Source: Octopus sinensis
Lineage: Eukaryota
Reading direction: 5' to 3'
DNA length: 64,000 nt
NCBI RefSeq assembly: GCF_006345805.1
Contig: NC_043002.1
Span: 17,298,001-17,362,000, forward strand
Made by a program: the position numbers and the translations under genes. The notes beneath the pieces are model-generated. The model had not been told where the DNA came from. It made no database searches and was given only the letters and a program-made list of their open reading frames with translations. Positions 1-12,599 of this stretch are shown in pieces; position 1 is the first letter of the stretch, and each line of letters starts with the position of its first letter.

Positions 1-59
1 ATCAAGAAAATATCTAAAATAAATAAATAAACCATAAGAGATGTTTTAAACATACAATA

Positions 60-199
60 ATGGCAAAACTTTTTTTTGTCCATTTATTCTAAAATCAAGT
101 CACATTCTGGTCGGATTTTTTCTTCATTAGACAAGAATAAATAGGTGTTAAAATAGTAAACAATATTCAAATAAGAACGGTAGGATGACGATTTCAGTG

Positions 200-277
<78 letters not shown>

Positions 278-470
278 TGTGTGTGTGTATGTGTGTGCGT
301 GTGTGTGCGCGCATACATACATACTGGCTCCTCTGAATTTTGACTCTAAGTGTTCATGGTCTCCAGACAGAAGCCTCAACATCTACAGGCAACATTTTAA
401 CGGAAAGAAATTCATTCGAACAAAATAGAAATTTCGTTAATGTGTAGTATGATACCCCGTGATTTTTCTT
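60..470 (-). pseudogene. Decayed MyD88-like TIR domain, split by a (CA)n tract
   Basis: NFYFVRMNFFPLKCCL*MLRL aligns ungapped to MyD88 DIQFVQEMIRQLEQTDYRLKL; LFLSNEEKIRPECDL (ORF 84..314) aligns to VVVSDDYLQSKECDF. Confidence 0.5.
204..306. repeat. (GT)n microsatellite
   Basis: Directly visible dinucleotide tract. Confidence 0.95.
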
Positions 471-659
471 CCGACACTCAACAATAAATTCATACAAACA
501 TACACATATGAATGTGCATATATCAATATATAAATGTTTATCTATGTATGCATTTATGTATGTGTATATGCATGTATATATGTATGCATGTATGTATGCA
601 TGTTAGTATATACGTATGCATGCATGAACATATGCATGTATGTATGTGTGTATGTAAGT

Positions 660-1310
660 GCTACTGGTAACATGTAACCCAGTACAACCTGCTGCATGGT
701 CGGGGCGTCGGCGACCAAACCGGCAACCCCACCAGCTTGCTTGGTAAGGAGGGTATTTATTGGACACCCTGCGGAATGAAAAACAAAACCCGTCAAAGGG
801 CGCAGGAACTCTTGAGAGTCAACGGCCATGCAATAAATCTGTAATTTTTTTTTCTTAAGGCTTAAGGCTGTATCATTCTCGGGGACATAGAAATAATCGG
901 ACTGAATACCCGATCGGGCGGTTAAACCATTGGGAGTGAAGGACTCCTAGCATTTCTTAGGACATCCTTCTAGAAGAAGGTAACTCAGGTAACTGGGATA
1001 ACTCCGACATGAAACCTGCGGCTCAGTGGTTACCGATGATGTTGAATTGGTCTTCTTTTCGGATTATGGCTGTTGTTGCTTAGTGAGTGGGATTGACTCA
1101 GTGAACAGCCTTTCCTCACTTTAAAAACTCTTCTTGCACAGGCATTGCGCGATAACAAATTGTTCATGATTGTTGACGGTGCTGTGAGTCTCAACTGAAT
1201 GGCTGGCTGTAGCCTTAAAAAGCAAATAAAAGTCACATTCGATCACAGCATCAATAACCGTTAGGCTTCGTGCAATGGCCATAATCGATAACGAAGGGGC
1301 AGCCATCATG
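660..1310 (+). mobile_element. Probable RTE-type LINE 5' UTR fragment
   Basis: GC-richer non-coding island; motif aaaacaaaacccgtcaaagggcg...gtcaacggcca resembles RTE 5' UTRs as recalled; no ORF follows. Confidence 0.35.
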
Positions 1311-1397
1311 TATGTATGTATCATTTGTATCAGGGTCAATCTTAGCGTTTCCATCTGCTAAAATTTGAATATATGTTGGTGGAACATAATTTATTTA

Positions 1398-1730
1398 TTA
1401 GGTTGCCAAGAAGGTTCTTGCGGTTTTTAACACTTAAATTCAGATGCACATATCTCGGCTTAAACAAAACTTCATTAATCGAAATAAACACCATCATAAT
1501 CAACACAATTTTGCCAACGAGAAGCAAGTTTATTTATGCCGGTAACGTAAAAATACTGCCTTCCGGTGGCGATGAAGTCGTTGAAGGCGTGTTTGGTATC
1601 GTCTTGGTGTTTCAAGTATTTTTCACGCAGGAAGTAGTCGAGATGCTTGAAAAAGAGGTAGTTGGTAAGCGAGAGGTCTGGTGAGTGTGGCGGATAAGGC
1701 AGTGTTTCGTAGCCCAATTCGTTCAACTCC
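1398..1730 (-). mobile_element. Mariner 3' fragment (transposase C-terminus plus TIR)
   Basis: ORF 1475..1726 LPYPPHSPDLSLTNY..F..L matches the mariner YSPDLAP motif; TA + ttaggttgccaagaaggttcttgcggttttt at 1396-1428 resembles the Hsmar1-type TIR. Confidence 0.88.
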
Positions 1731-1732
1731 TA

Positions 1733-2975
1733 CTGGAGGTTATGGGCTAGATTGAAGGAGGGGAGGGGTCGGTTAGGGAAGTGGTGTGAAGTGGACGGGT
1801 CGGACTGGAGATGCCGGAAAGCTCGAAGAATGGTGCGTTGGAGAGGTAGGGTCGTGGGGTGGTAAGTGAGGGGAAAAGGGAGGCGGGAGACTACAGGGCG
1901 GGTTCGGGGGAGAGAGCAGATGCACGGTCTACGGAACGTGCTCTGGCAAGGGCGGTGTGGATAGTAGTGAGGGGGTATCCACGTAGGATGAAGTGGTGAG
2001 CCATGCGTTGAGACTGAGTCTCAAAGTCATGGTCGTCACTACAGAGCCTACGTAGACGGAGGAATTGGGAATAGGGGATGGAAAGCATGGTGTGTTTTGG
2101 GTGGGGGGAAGAGAAGTTTAGGTATGAGTGTGAGTCTGTGTGTTTGTAGTGAATGGAGGTGGTAAGAGTGGATTGATGAATGCTGACCGAAATGTCGATG
2201 AAGGAGACAGAGGTGTTGGAGATAGTGGAGGTGAAGTGGAGGGCTGGATGGAAGGATTGAACGAAAGAGAGGAAGGAATCTAGATGTTCACGGGAGAGTG
2301 AGGTGGCACCGGTAATGTCATCAATGTAACGACCGTATAGTTCAGGAGTGGGACCAGTGAAATTAGAGAATATTTGGGCCTCAACATAGCCAACGAAAAG
2401 GTTCGCATAGTTGAGGCCCATTCGCATTCCCATGGCCACTTCCGAGTACTGTTGGTAGAACTCGCCCGCGAACGAGAAGCAGTTGAGAGTAAGGACAAGT
2501 TCGGCCAGACGAATGAGTGTGGAGGTTTCAGGTTCAGGGTTGGGGCGGAGGTCGAGAAAGTGTTGAAGTGCCCGCAGTCCTTCGTGGTGAGGGATGACGG
2601 TATAGATGCTCTGGATGTCCATAGTAAAAAGGATTTTGGAGGAGCCGGGAGGAAAGGAGAAAAAGTTGAAAAGCCGGAGAGTATGGTTGGTATCGTGGAT
2701 GTGGGGGGGAAGAGACGCCACTAGGGGGGCAAGGACACGGTCGAGGTATTTAGAGATGAGCTCCGTGGGGCAGTTACAGGCGGAGACGATGGGGCGGCCA
2801 GGGTTGTTGAGTTTGGGGATTTGGGGGAGGAAGTAAATGGTGGGGGTGCGTGGGGTTCGCACAATTAGGTTGGATGCGGTGTGGGGGAGACGGGAGGACG
2901 AGATGAGGTCGTGGACAGTAGAGGATACCGTCTGTTGGTAGCTACGTGTGGGGTTAGCGGACAGCGGGGAGTAGA
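1733..2975 (-). mobile_element. Penelope-like element reverse transcriptase, truncated before GIY-YIG
   Basis: ORF 1891..3018: YFLPQIPK..PGRPIVS, FTMDIQSIYTVIP, AMG, GRYIDD, SIPYSQFLRLRRLCS; continues after a frameshift as RLPFPLTYHP. Confidence 0.92.
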
Positions 2976-3109
2976 TACTTGTGTGCGTGAGTTTCTGTGT
3001 ATACACCCATATATGCATATATAAATTTATCTATATACATATATAGATAGACACAGTGAAAGACAAAGAGAGATTAATATACGTACGTACGTATGTAGCA
3101 TATATGCAT

Positions 3110-3360
3110 TTTGTCATGCGTCCGGAGATTCTGTGTCATAATGTAAACATCTAGTACCTTTATTTCGTGCAGTAGTGTATCAGATCACAGGCATACATCA
3201 CTTTCTTTATTATATGTTTCAAGCCAGAATACTAGAGTATATTCTTCACTAGAGTATATTCTTTACGATCTGGTAATTACTTCCTCATAATTCGACATAT
3301 TGCGAACGCCATTTGTGTTCATACTATCAAAGGACAGCAGTAATCATATATATTTCATAA
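3110..3360 (-). pseudogene. Possible decayed TIR fragment
   Basis: YEIYMITA / MAFAICRIMRK / GLKHII loosely follow TIR box 1 to beta-B; weak, supported mainly by context. Confidence 0.25.
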
Positions 3361-3750
3361 CTCTATTAACTATATGTTAAAATTTTTATGATAAGTTTCC
3401 ATTTATTAGTAATCAAATTTTCCTAATTATAATAACGGTAAAGTTAAATAAATTATTGTACGTTTTTAACATCCCCCAACCAATAATTCAATTACAGATA
3501 TATATTAATTTTGCAAGTATTTTATATTTAAATTTTTCTTATCGTGATAATATTCGCAAGAGGTTTTATATTCATATATTTCTGTAATTAGTATTTTTGA
3601 GAATGTGTACAATTTTTGTGATACGAACATCAGTATGATACTATTTGATACGACATTTCTTTCAAAGATATTCGAAGCGTGTGCAAATGTGAAGATTTCT
3701 TACGTTCTTTCTTGTAAGTATATAGTTAAACGTGACTATATGTAGATATA

Positions 3751-5025
3751 CAGAGGTTGGGAAAAATAATAGAAACCATAGTATCATAATTTTGAAGAAT
3801 CTATAAAACCGTCAAAATTTTGTTTACCTTTATGATTTTGATTTATTATCAGTGTTGCTTAATAGTTTTCAGATAACACCACTGAAAGGTAATTAGAATT
3901 CATTAATATGACAGACCTTTCGGGCTCTCAAAGAGGTCAAATTGTTGATGCTCGTATGGCAAGCGCTAACGTAACAAAAACAGCAGAAATGTTTGGTTAT
4001 CAAGAAGTACTAGAAAGTAATGACAGCCTTTGAGAAATAGGGAAATACCTCCTATCGAAAGTAATGACAGCCTTTGAGAAAATAGGGAAATACCTCCTCA
4101 TCGAAACAAAACTCTGGAAGAAAACCGAAACTTTCAGGCGTTATCGGACTCTTACGCGAATTGTTAGAAAGGATCATAAACATACAGCTCCCAAAAGTAC
4201 TGCAGAGCTTAATGACCATCTTAAGAACCCAGTTTCCACGAAAATTGTTCGCCGGGAGCAGCACGAAGCCGAATTTCACGCGGAGGCTAAAATCAGAAAA
4301 CCATCACTTTCAAAAACAAGCGTTGCAAAGCGTTTAGAGTGGAGTAAAACCTACAAAATTGGTCCCTAGAGCAATGGAAGAATGTTATTTTCTCGGACGA
4401 GTTATCCTTTACTTTATTTCCGACCACCGGCCTAGTATACATGCGGAGACAGTCAAAAGAGCATTTAGCCCAGACTATCTTCTTCCAACTGTTGAACATG
4501 GATGATGATCTGTGATGATCTGGTGGGGGGGGGGGGCAATATATCTTGGAAATCAGCCGGCTTAATGGCTTCTCTTCATGGCAGAATTAATAGTGAATAC
4601 TAGTTAAGCATTTTATCTGAACAAATTCATCCTATACTTGGGGAAGTATTTTCGGAGCGAAACGCAATCTTGTAGGAATATTACACTCCAATTCACAAAG
4701 CTAAATTTGTTACTGAATGGCACGAGAGACATTCTAGTGGAGTTGAACATCTTATTTGGCCACAGCAGTCTCCAGATATCAATATTATCGAACGTTTATG
4801 TACTTTAGAAAAAACATGTAAGGAGTCGATATCCCCCACTATCATCACTACAAGATCTAGAGACTGTTTTAGCTGAAGAATGGACAGAAATTCTTTTGTA
4901 AACAATTCAAACATTGTACGAGTTCATCCCTCACAGAATTCAAGCGGTAATTACTGGCAAAGGCGGTCCTACCCAATATTAAAATAAATTTGATTGAATT
5001 TTTTAACTTTTTGTCCAACTTTTAT
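3751..5025 (+). mobile_element. Tc1-like transposon, full length, decayed
   Basis: TA+CAGAGGTTGG left end and degenerate right TIR; MTDLSGSQRGQIV (HTH), WKNVIFSDE, WPQQSPDINIIE, GKGGPTQY*; internal ~44-bp tandem duplication at ~4013-4106. Confidence 0.88.
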
Positions 5026-5032
5026 ACATACA

Positions 5033-5102
<70 letters not shown>

Positions 5103-5109
5103 AATGTGT

Positions 5110-5400
5110 ATCTCTATTAAAGAAATTCAGTTGATCAATACAGTACTCTCTGCGAAAAGGGCCGCAGATGTGCAACGACAGATTTCCGTACAATGGACAT
5201 GAGTTAAAATAAGAACGATTATATTGACATTTGTAAAAATATTATTAAAGAAATGAGAACAGTGAATTGATAGTGTATGGTTAGTATTTAAATTTGTCCT
5301 ATAATTGTGGTTTTCAAGCACCTCTTCTGAGCACATATTTCAGTAACCGCAGTCCCGTCTGTAATGAAGGATAGTACAAATAATAGGCTACAAAGTGGAT
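5110..5400 (-). pseudogene. Decayed MyD88-like TIR domain
   Basis: ORF 5127..5336 LENHNYRTNL aligns to LEQTDYRLKL; VNIIVLILTHVHCTEIC to CRRMVVVVSDDYLQSKEC. Confidence 0.5.
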
Positions 5401-5817
5401 TTGACGGCATTTCTCCCTGTGACCTCCCACACGAACTAAACCATTGACGTCATCTTATCATGTCATTTGCGTTTAAATAAATTAACATTATAATGTAATC
5501 TGATCGCGAATTTAGAAGCAACAGCACTTCCCACACTTTCGTTATGTGCAGTTGCACATTCTATTGGGTTTCTTAACACAAGACCATTAGTTGTGTTTAT
5601 ATGATGAGTAAGAAGAAATACAAAATTATTGTCATCATTGATTTTAGTATAAGTCAGATGTGTATAATATTTAACCGCAACTTCCTTTATATATTTTTGA
5701 CGGATTATCTAGCTGCATGTACGTAAATAACACTGGTTACGAAACAGCTTTTAGATAACAGAATAAAACTATTTTCTCTCACTTCACATCGCTTATCTAG
5801 TCAAATTTTATATATCG

Positions 5818-6128
5818 GGGCAGACGTCACTGTGTGGTAAGAATCTTGCTTCCCAACCACATGATTTCTGGTTCAATCCCATTACATGACAACTTTAGCA
5901 AGTGTATTCTACTATAGCATCGGGCCGACCAAATACTTGTGAGTGGATTTGGTAGAGGGAAGCTGAAAGAAGCCTGTCGTATATATATGTGTGTTTGTGT
6001 GTGTGTGTGTGTGTGTGTATGTGTGCTTATGCCTGTGTTTGTTCCTCAGTACCACTTAACAACTTTGGTTATGTCTCTGTAACATAGCGGCTCGGCAAGA
6101 GAGACAATAAAATAAGTACCAGGCATTA
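5818..6128 (+). mobile_element. SINE family A (tRNA head, CORE-like box, internal (TA)/(TG) microsatellite), diverged
   Basis: Homologous to copies at 36188, 28648/30904, 38388, 40374 and 32715. Confidence 0.85.
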
Positions 6129-6199
6129 AAGAAAAAAAAATGGAGTCCATTTGTTAGCGATGCTCATTCAGAATACCCTCTTGGAGGGAAGCTAGACTA

Positions 6200-7190
6200 G
6201 GCTTCAATGTTTCTATGTATAAGTATGCGCATGCGTAGTCGAACTGAAATATTCTGGTGTTTCCTACAGAAACCATAGAAAGTTTAACAGTTATTAAGAT
6301 ATGAGTTGTTAACGACTCTACATATATCATATTTGATTACAATAGCAGTAATTCACAGAGAGCCTAGATAGATCTGATTCTAATTTGTTTGCGCTAATAA
6401 AAATTACTAAGTTGAAAATATTCGTTATTCTGTTCAATAAATATAAATTCTTGAATAGGTTTGTAGCAAAATAGTTAATGGAAATATTTTATCATAACCT
6501 TTGAATTACATTTGCTTCATTCATGTTCTCTTGATTTCACAGATAAACTCTAATTCTATGCGAAAGTGATAAATGTTTCGGTGAGAACGTAGCATGAAGT
6601 AGAAATAAAGAAATTACATATGTTGCATTCTAGTAATGGAGATAATATTCGATTTGGGAAAACGTATTTGTCAGTAAATTTAATGGAGTTTAGAAATGTA
6701 ATCCATTGTGAATTGTCAACAGCCTGTTTAATACTTATGGGAAGATTTCAGTAATTCGAAAACTCTGTAGTAGATGAAATTGATATCAAGAGAATAAATG
6801 GGGTTGCTAGACAAGTAAAATGAAAATATATCATCGGATTAATTTTAATAAGATGAAGTCGCGTTTGCAATACAGCATTTGGTCGCTCATTCGATCTGTT
6901 ACGAATACCTATTTCTTTATAAACCACAAGGGGCTAAACATAGAGGGGACAAACAAGGACAGACAAACAAATTCAGTCGATTATATCGACCCCAGTGCGT
7001 TACTGGTCCTTATTTTATCGACCCCGAAAGGATGAAAGGTAAAGTCGACCTCGGAGGAATTTGAACTCAGAACGTAGCGGCAAACGAAATACCGCAAAGC
7101 ATTTCGCCCGGCGTGCCAACGTTTCTACCAGCTAGCCTCGATCTGTTACGAATACCTTTGAACAATGTTTGAAACACAGGAATATACGCG
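6200..7190 (-). pseudogene. Decayed DD-TIR module interrupted by a SINE
   Basis: After removing the SINE: RMSDQMLYCKRDFILL (DD helix 1-2, RDW-like) and TPFILL; TIR part LVIFISANKLES aligns to MVVVVSDDYLQS. Confidence 0.45.
6911..7137 (-). mobile_element. SINE family B with 20-bp target-site duplication
   Basis: tcgatctgttacgaatacct at 6891-6910 and 7138-7157; B-box-like gagttcaaattcc on the minus strand. Confidence 0.9.
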
Positions 7191-7351
7191 AAAATAGAAA
7201 ATTTGTAACAACATTATATATATATTTTTAAAAATTAGAATGAAATTATATTTAAATATACATGTTAATAGATTTGATATCCTCGGTATCAATACTTAAA
7301 TAAATTTTAAATTAATCACATTAATACTGTGTACAAGCTATGTCGTAATAT

Positions 7352-7870
7352 TTATAATAATCTTTTTTCCAGTTCCTCGAAAAATCGAATATCGTCCTTA
7401 TCCCTGGAGAGAAATACAACCACAATAACGAAAAAGTTTTCAACAACATTCAAGAACGGCATTTATACAAGTTCCTTCAATATGGAGTCAGTGGTTACTA
7501 TCCTCCTGTCACAAAACCGCTGCTCCTTAATAGCAAGCACGAATAGACATCTTTGTATGTGCGTGGAAAACGCTCATTTTCTATGACAACCATTGTGATT
7601 TTAAAATATTCATCGAAGTTACATATCACGATGCGTTCCAATTATTCTGATGACAGAAAGATTAACAGAATTTTATTCTCAACTGATTGTAATATGTCAA
7701 CTTTTAAATCGATGACGTTTTACTTCTCAGGAATTTTGCACCCCACAGTTTTCATGGTTCTGCAGAAAATATCTTCCATACGTTCAAATATTTAGCCTAT
7801 GGCCCCATTTCAAATAGCCTTTTGTTATTGCCTTTTAGCATATATTAATGCGTGTTACGGTGAGTTTACA
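7352..7870 (-). pseudogene. Decayed TIR domain
   Basis: *HALIYA (box 1), NVIDLKVDILQSVENKILLIFLSSE*LERIVICNFDE, RFFEELEKRL (box 3); resembles the unit at 44930-45375 (VCDSKV..KILFL*SSELKRSKC). Confidence 0.5.
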
Positions 7871-8229
7871 ATTATCTTTGATAGATTTATCCCTTATACA
7901 TATATATATATATATATATACATATATGTATATATATATATATAAACGTGTATATACATATGTATATTCATGCATGTATATGTTAGTGTATCTCCTGTAT
8001 GTATGAGGAAATAAAAATCAAATAGAGAAACAATTAACAGACAAACAAATAAACATGCTACACATCATCTCATCAACCTTGAAAACTAGTATCAAACTAA
8101 TTTCGCTTCATGAAATTTCTAGAGGTTTGGTATCGGCGATGGTACATCTGGTACTGGTGCTAGTGTGTTGGTGGTGTTAATGATGATGACGACCACAACG
8201 ATGATGATGATGAGGACGATGACATTAAT

Positions 8230-8990
8230 GGTAGTAATGTATCGTAATTCTGTTCACCAATTATTTTATTGTATGCAACGTCGTGTATGATTACATGAAA
8301 CACACTATGGACACGAGTATGATGCCATTACACACGACATTATATACAGCATAGCGTTCAACATGTAATATAAAATTGAAGATCACTTTTCAGTTACTTG
8401 ATATACTTCATCACAGTTCAGTAGCCGATCGTCTCTATGAAACAAATACCTCGATATTAACCACAACGTTGTTGCTAAATGCTCAGACTACCATCAAAAT
8501 CACTATATCAAAATCCTTCGGTGTTTTGATGATGCATATTGACAATCTGCAATATCTGACACAGTCATATGGACTGGTCAGATCTTCTCTAATATCTGTC
8601 ATGTATTTTTCTGTTCCATGGAACTTGGCATTTTACTTCATCCAATTATATTATCGAGGCATCTAGTTTGTTTTTTGGTTAATTGTCTTCTTTTCCATTA
8701 GGTCGTACACACAGCTTTTTGCCTAGTTATTCCCACTAGAAACTCTAATGATTGTATCTCTCTCAATTGTCTTTAAATATGAACCGCATTGCATTTATGG
8801 GACCAGAAATCCAATAATTATCGTAGAACTGTTTTCTCTTCTTTTGGTAAATTATTATCCTAATTCTTAACGCATCACGCTGGATATTATAAAATAAGAA
8901 AGAAAAAATCTTTGTTTTCAATCCACACCATCTGGAAACTGCAATATTTTCACATAACATGGAAAAAAGAAATTTATTTCGTTTGAACTA
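8230..8990 (-). pseudogene. Decayed MyD88-like DD-linker-TIR module
   Basis: ILQFPDGVD*KQ, ST..LLDFW, L.EI..EFL (DD); PKDFDIVILMV vs PSDIQFVQEMI, IEVFVS*R vs LKLCVSDR, SISSN vs SIASE; DD-to-TIR distance similar to MyD88. Confidence 0.6.
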
Positions 8991-9119
8991 ATTTATTTCA
9001 GAACATGAGAATTAAATTCCGCACTCGTATATAAATTATTCATTTACCGAAATTAATATCCGCTCATACTGAATCTGAGCCAAATTAAGGACATCACCCC
9101 CACCCCCACCCCCGGTCGA

Positions 9120-9708
9120 TGCAATCTCACAAAGAACAGCGAAAAGTAATATATAACCCGTAAAAATTCAGAGATATGAAAGGTGATATATTTATCTAAA
9201 CATTAGTCATCGTTTCAGTAACGACAGTGAGGCAGTATCCATCATGTTATTATATATTGTATAATAAATTATTTTTAAAAGTCCGCATTAATATACATAC
9301 TTCGCATTACACAATGCAATTGTATATTTACTAATCTGTGCAAATAAAGCTAGCTCATCAGATCACTAGAATCTCATGTTTACACTAACTCTTCAAATCA
9401 GATTTGAAGCAAAAAGGTTGTAATTATATGACTTATTATTGTTTATATACTCCTTGCAAAATAATTTCACTCTCCGTATATACTGGGTAGAATTCTGTAT
9501 TATACTCCATCGTATTCGGTTGCTATATAGTATGCTAGCGGTATCCACTGGAGGAGTTGCCGTGGTTGTTGCCACATGATTCTATAAATCCATATACTAA
9601 ACTACAAATATGTATACACACACTTACACACACACACTTTCATACATATATATATATTTCTGTACATCACACCTAACACAAACACACTCTCTCTCCCTCT
9701 CCCAGTAC

Positions 9709-9767
<59 letters not shown>

Positions 9768-10091
9768 GATTTCAGTTTACCAAGTAATTCTTTAGCTAAC
9801 AGTAAGACGTTTTACGTAATCATAAAAGAAATTATCTTCTCATAAATGTTTTCAAGCTTCATAAATTTTAGAGAAAATAAATACCAATGAAGTTTTGTAT
9901 AGTAAAAAAAAAGAACAACATCAATATTAGCTTTTTTTCCATTACATCAGCGCTGTAATATTCTTAACAAACAATAATTATATGAATAATAACTGTATTA
10001 CATGTGGCTTTCTTTATTGTTGTCATTTTCTATATGCATATACACGTGCACTCGCACGATGGGTATATCTTTCTCACTCCGTTTATATATG

Positions 10092-10139
<48 letters not shown>

Positions 10140-10770
10140 GTGTAATTGTGTGTGTGTGTATGTGTGTGTGTGCATGAATATTTGCATACCTGCACACTTT
10201 CAGGCGTTCAAATAACGATACACAAACATGCACTGAACTAGAATATTATATAGGAAGTCACAAATATTCTAGTTTCAATAATTTGTTTGATCATACTTAA
10301 AGTATTTATCACCGAAGTAGTCCAATTTCCACGATACAAGAACGAACGTCTCACTAACATATATATATATAATCTCCATACATCGAGAATCTTCCCCCTT
10401 AAAAGCAAGGCATATGGATAATTGTGGCTGCTGGATGAATAGAAACAAAACTGCAGTGATTAGGACTGAAGCAATATTGTCACAGGATATCTCATTTAAC
10501 GATATTATCAATATCCCGACAATTATAAGGACGCCAATGAAAACAGTTGCTACAACAGTTGCTACAACAGTAACATCAGTCATAGATTGTAAAACTAACT
10601 AAAGATTTAACCTCAAGCAATTATAACTATGGATGCTTTTGTGTTGAATATCTGGAAATGGATAACTGGAAGAGAGACAAACATGCACGAAGATTAATTT
10701 GGATATCTGAGAAAAATAACAATTGCACGTATTATTTTAGTGGCGAAGATATTAACTCTGAGACGTAGCC
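9120..10770 (-). pseudogene. Decayed MyD88-like DD-TIR module with a microsatellite-filled intron
   Basis: Acceptor tctccttcttcag then LRVNIFATKIIRAIVIFL vs LPLAALNMRVRRRLSLFL; ORF 9393..9575 ASILYSN..VKLF..ASNLI vs AFICY..LKLC..ASELI; CKHEILVI, LDKYITF. Confidence 0.6.
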
Positions 10771-10790
10771 TGAAGAAGGAGAGGAAGAAA

Positions 10791-10791
<1 letters not shown>

Positions 10792-10869
<78 letters not shown>

Positions 10870-10894
10870 TATAATAATAATAATAATAATAATG

Positions 10895-10925
<31 letters not shown>

Positions 10926-10986
10926 TAATAATAATGATAATAATAATCATAATAATAATCATAATAATAATCATAATAATAATCAA

Positions 10987-11037
<51 letters not shown>

Positions 11038-11040
11038 GAT

Positions 11041-11080
<40 letters not shown>

Positions 11081-11117
11081 TAATAATAATAATAATGATG
11101 ATTATAATAATAATAAT

Positions 11118-11171
<54 letters not shown>
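10792..11171. repeat. Long (TAC)n/(TAA)n microsatellite
   Basis: Directly visible; source of the spurious poly-Ile ORFs. Confidence 0.95.
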
Positions 11172-11173
<2 letters not shown>

Positions 11174-11549
11174 GCTCTCATGGCTTCTGGTCTTAACAGA
11201 TTTGCTGGTCAGTTGTTTGACCATAACCACTTGAGCATGTTCCTTAGTGGCTGACGATAAGTGCATCTCTGTTCACGAGCAGAAGTAGTGGGGGAGCATC
11301 ATTGCCATGGGTGTTTCGCTCAACATCCTTAAACAACCCTTATTCAGGGACCTTTTGAGCGTGATCGGATACTCGACCAGAAAAAGATTCTAACTGGGCC
11401 CCACCTGCAAGGTCATATGCTGTTCATCTTGATATGAGATCATCATGTCGCTCACATATGGTTATGATGCATGTTCCTGGTGTACCTTTATCAGACGGTT
11501 AGTCATGATGGGTACACTGGGCATTATATATTTTACCCCAGTGTCACTT
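11172..11549 (+). mobile_element. Non-autonomous (TAA)n-flanked retroposon, internally deleted
   Basis: Homologous to 51300-51607 (minus); both copies abut TAA tracts; no ORF. Confidence 0.75.
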
Positions 11550-11729
11550 ATTAATAATAATAACAATAATAATAATAATAATAATAATAACAATAATAAT
11601 AATAATATAATAATAATAATATTATTACTACTACTACTGCTGCTGTTATTGCTACCGCCGCTGCTTATGCTACTGCGGCGAATGTTGCTCCTGATAAGGT
11701 TTTTTGAGTGTCATGAAGATTCAAAAGGC

Positions 11730-12598
11730 TTGATGTAAACGTCTGGCAAATTGGGGAATGAAAATCGATAGGGTGACTTGTTCTCTGCAATGTGGTCACG
11801 GTTCTGCATTTGGAATCATCGATGACAAGTTTCGCTTCCGTAAAGTCTATGTGAGTTGGATGCCAAGACGGCTTACCGAAGTGCACACGCGCAGTCGTAT
11901 GGAGATTTATCAACTCATATTCCACAACTACAAAGATTAATTCGAAGCTCTTTTTAAAAAAGGATAGTCATAGGATCTGGAGTCCAAACACTATGTTCGA
12001 ATTAGAAAACAACCGGAATAGCCAATGAAAATGAAATTCAAGTCTCAATCCTCCACAGAAAAAGGATGCTACCCATTTTGGGGGACTCAATGGGGCTATG
12101 CTGGAATATTATCTGGAAAAGTACTGTACAGTGACCAGAGTAGGTTACAGTGAAACGCTGTCCAACAAATGAACCGGCGATACGCTCAGACACAGAAGTT
12201 TATTGCCGAATCAAGTGTTATTTTTGCATGGTAATGCACACCTACACACACCACCCCACATCTTTGAAACCATCTAAATCTTGAGGTTTCTAATTGCCGA
12301 AACACTCTGCATAGAATCCAGATCGTTCTATCTTAGACTCGCTCCTCTTTCGGCCGGTCAAATGCGTTTTACGTGGTGATTAAATTGCTACGGGTGAAGG
12401 AGTGCAGGAACCGGTGCAGGAATGGCTGCGTGACAAGCCATAGGACTAAAATCGAATTAGCAACTTTGTCGACTACTGGAAGACGTGTATCAAAGGGCGA
12501 GAAGAATTTGTTGAAAAATAGAGTAATTCAGCCCCTCCTTTTGTATTTATAAATTACAGAAACCAGAGTACGTATAATTTTTGACTGTCTGTTGGATA
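11730..12598 (+). mobile_element. Mariner relic
   Basis: HGSAFGII..FRKVYVSWMPRRLT (WVPxxL motif); decayed catalytic domain; TIR-like 3' end ataatttttgactgtctgttgga-ta. Confidence 0.82.
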
Positions 12599-12599
12599 T

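Noticed and set aside
8450-10770. STING (TM helices plus ligand-binding domain) pseudogene fused to a TIR, suggested by SMLCE..GL, CG..D..IR, VYDLME and YCRL
   Set aside because: The core STING motifs (AWSYY.GYL, R.Y.N, EYATP) are absent and sizeable deletions would be needed. The same DNA fits DD-TIR better (LLDFW, PKD..V..M, VS.R, ASNLI), as in neighbouring units. It shows that by-eye alignment of decayed sequence can mislead, so an HMM check is still worthwhile.
10732-11181. Poly-Ile, poly-His/Thr, poly-Tyr/Ile and similar ORFs throughout the ORF track
   Set aside because: These are translations of microsatellites, not genes.
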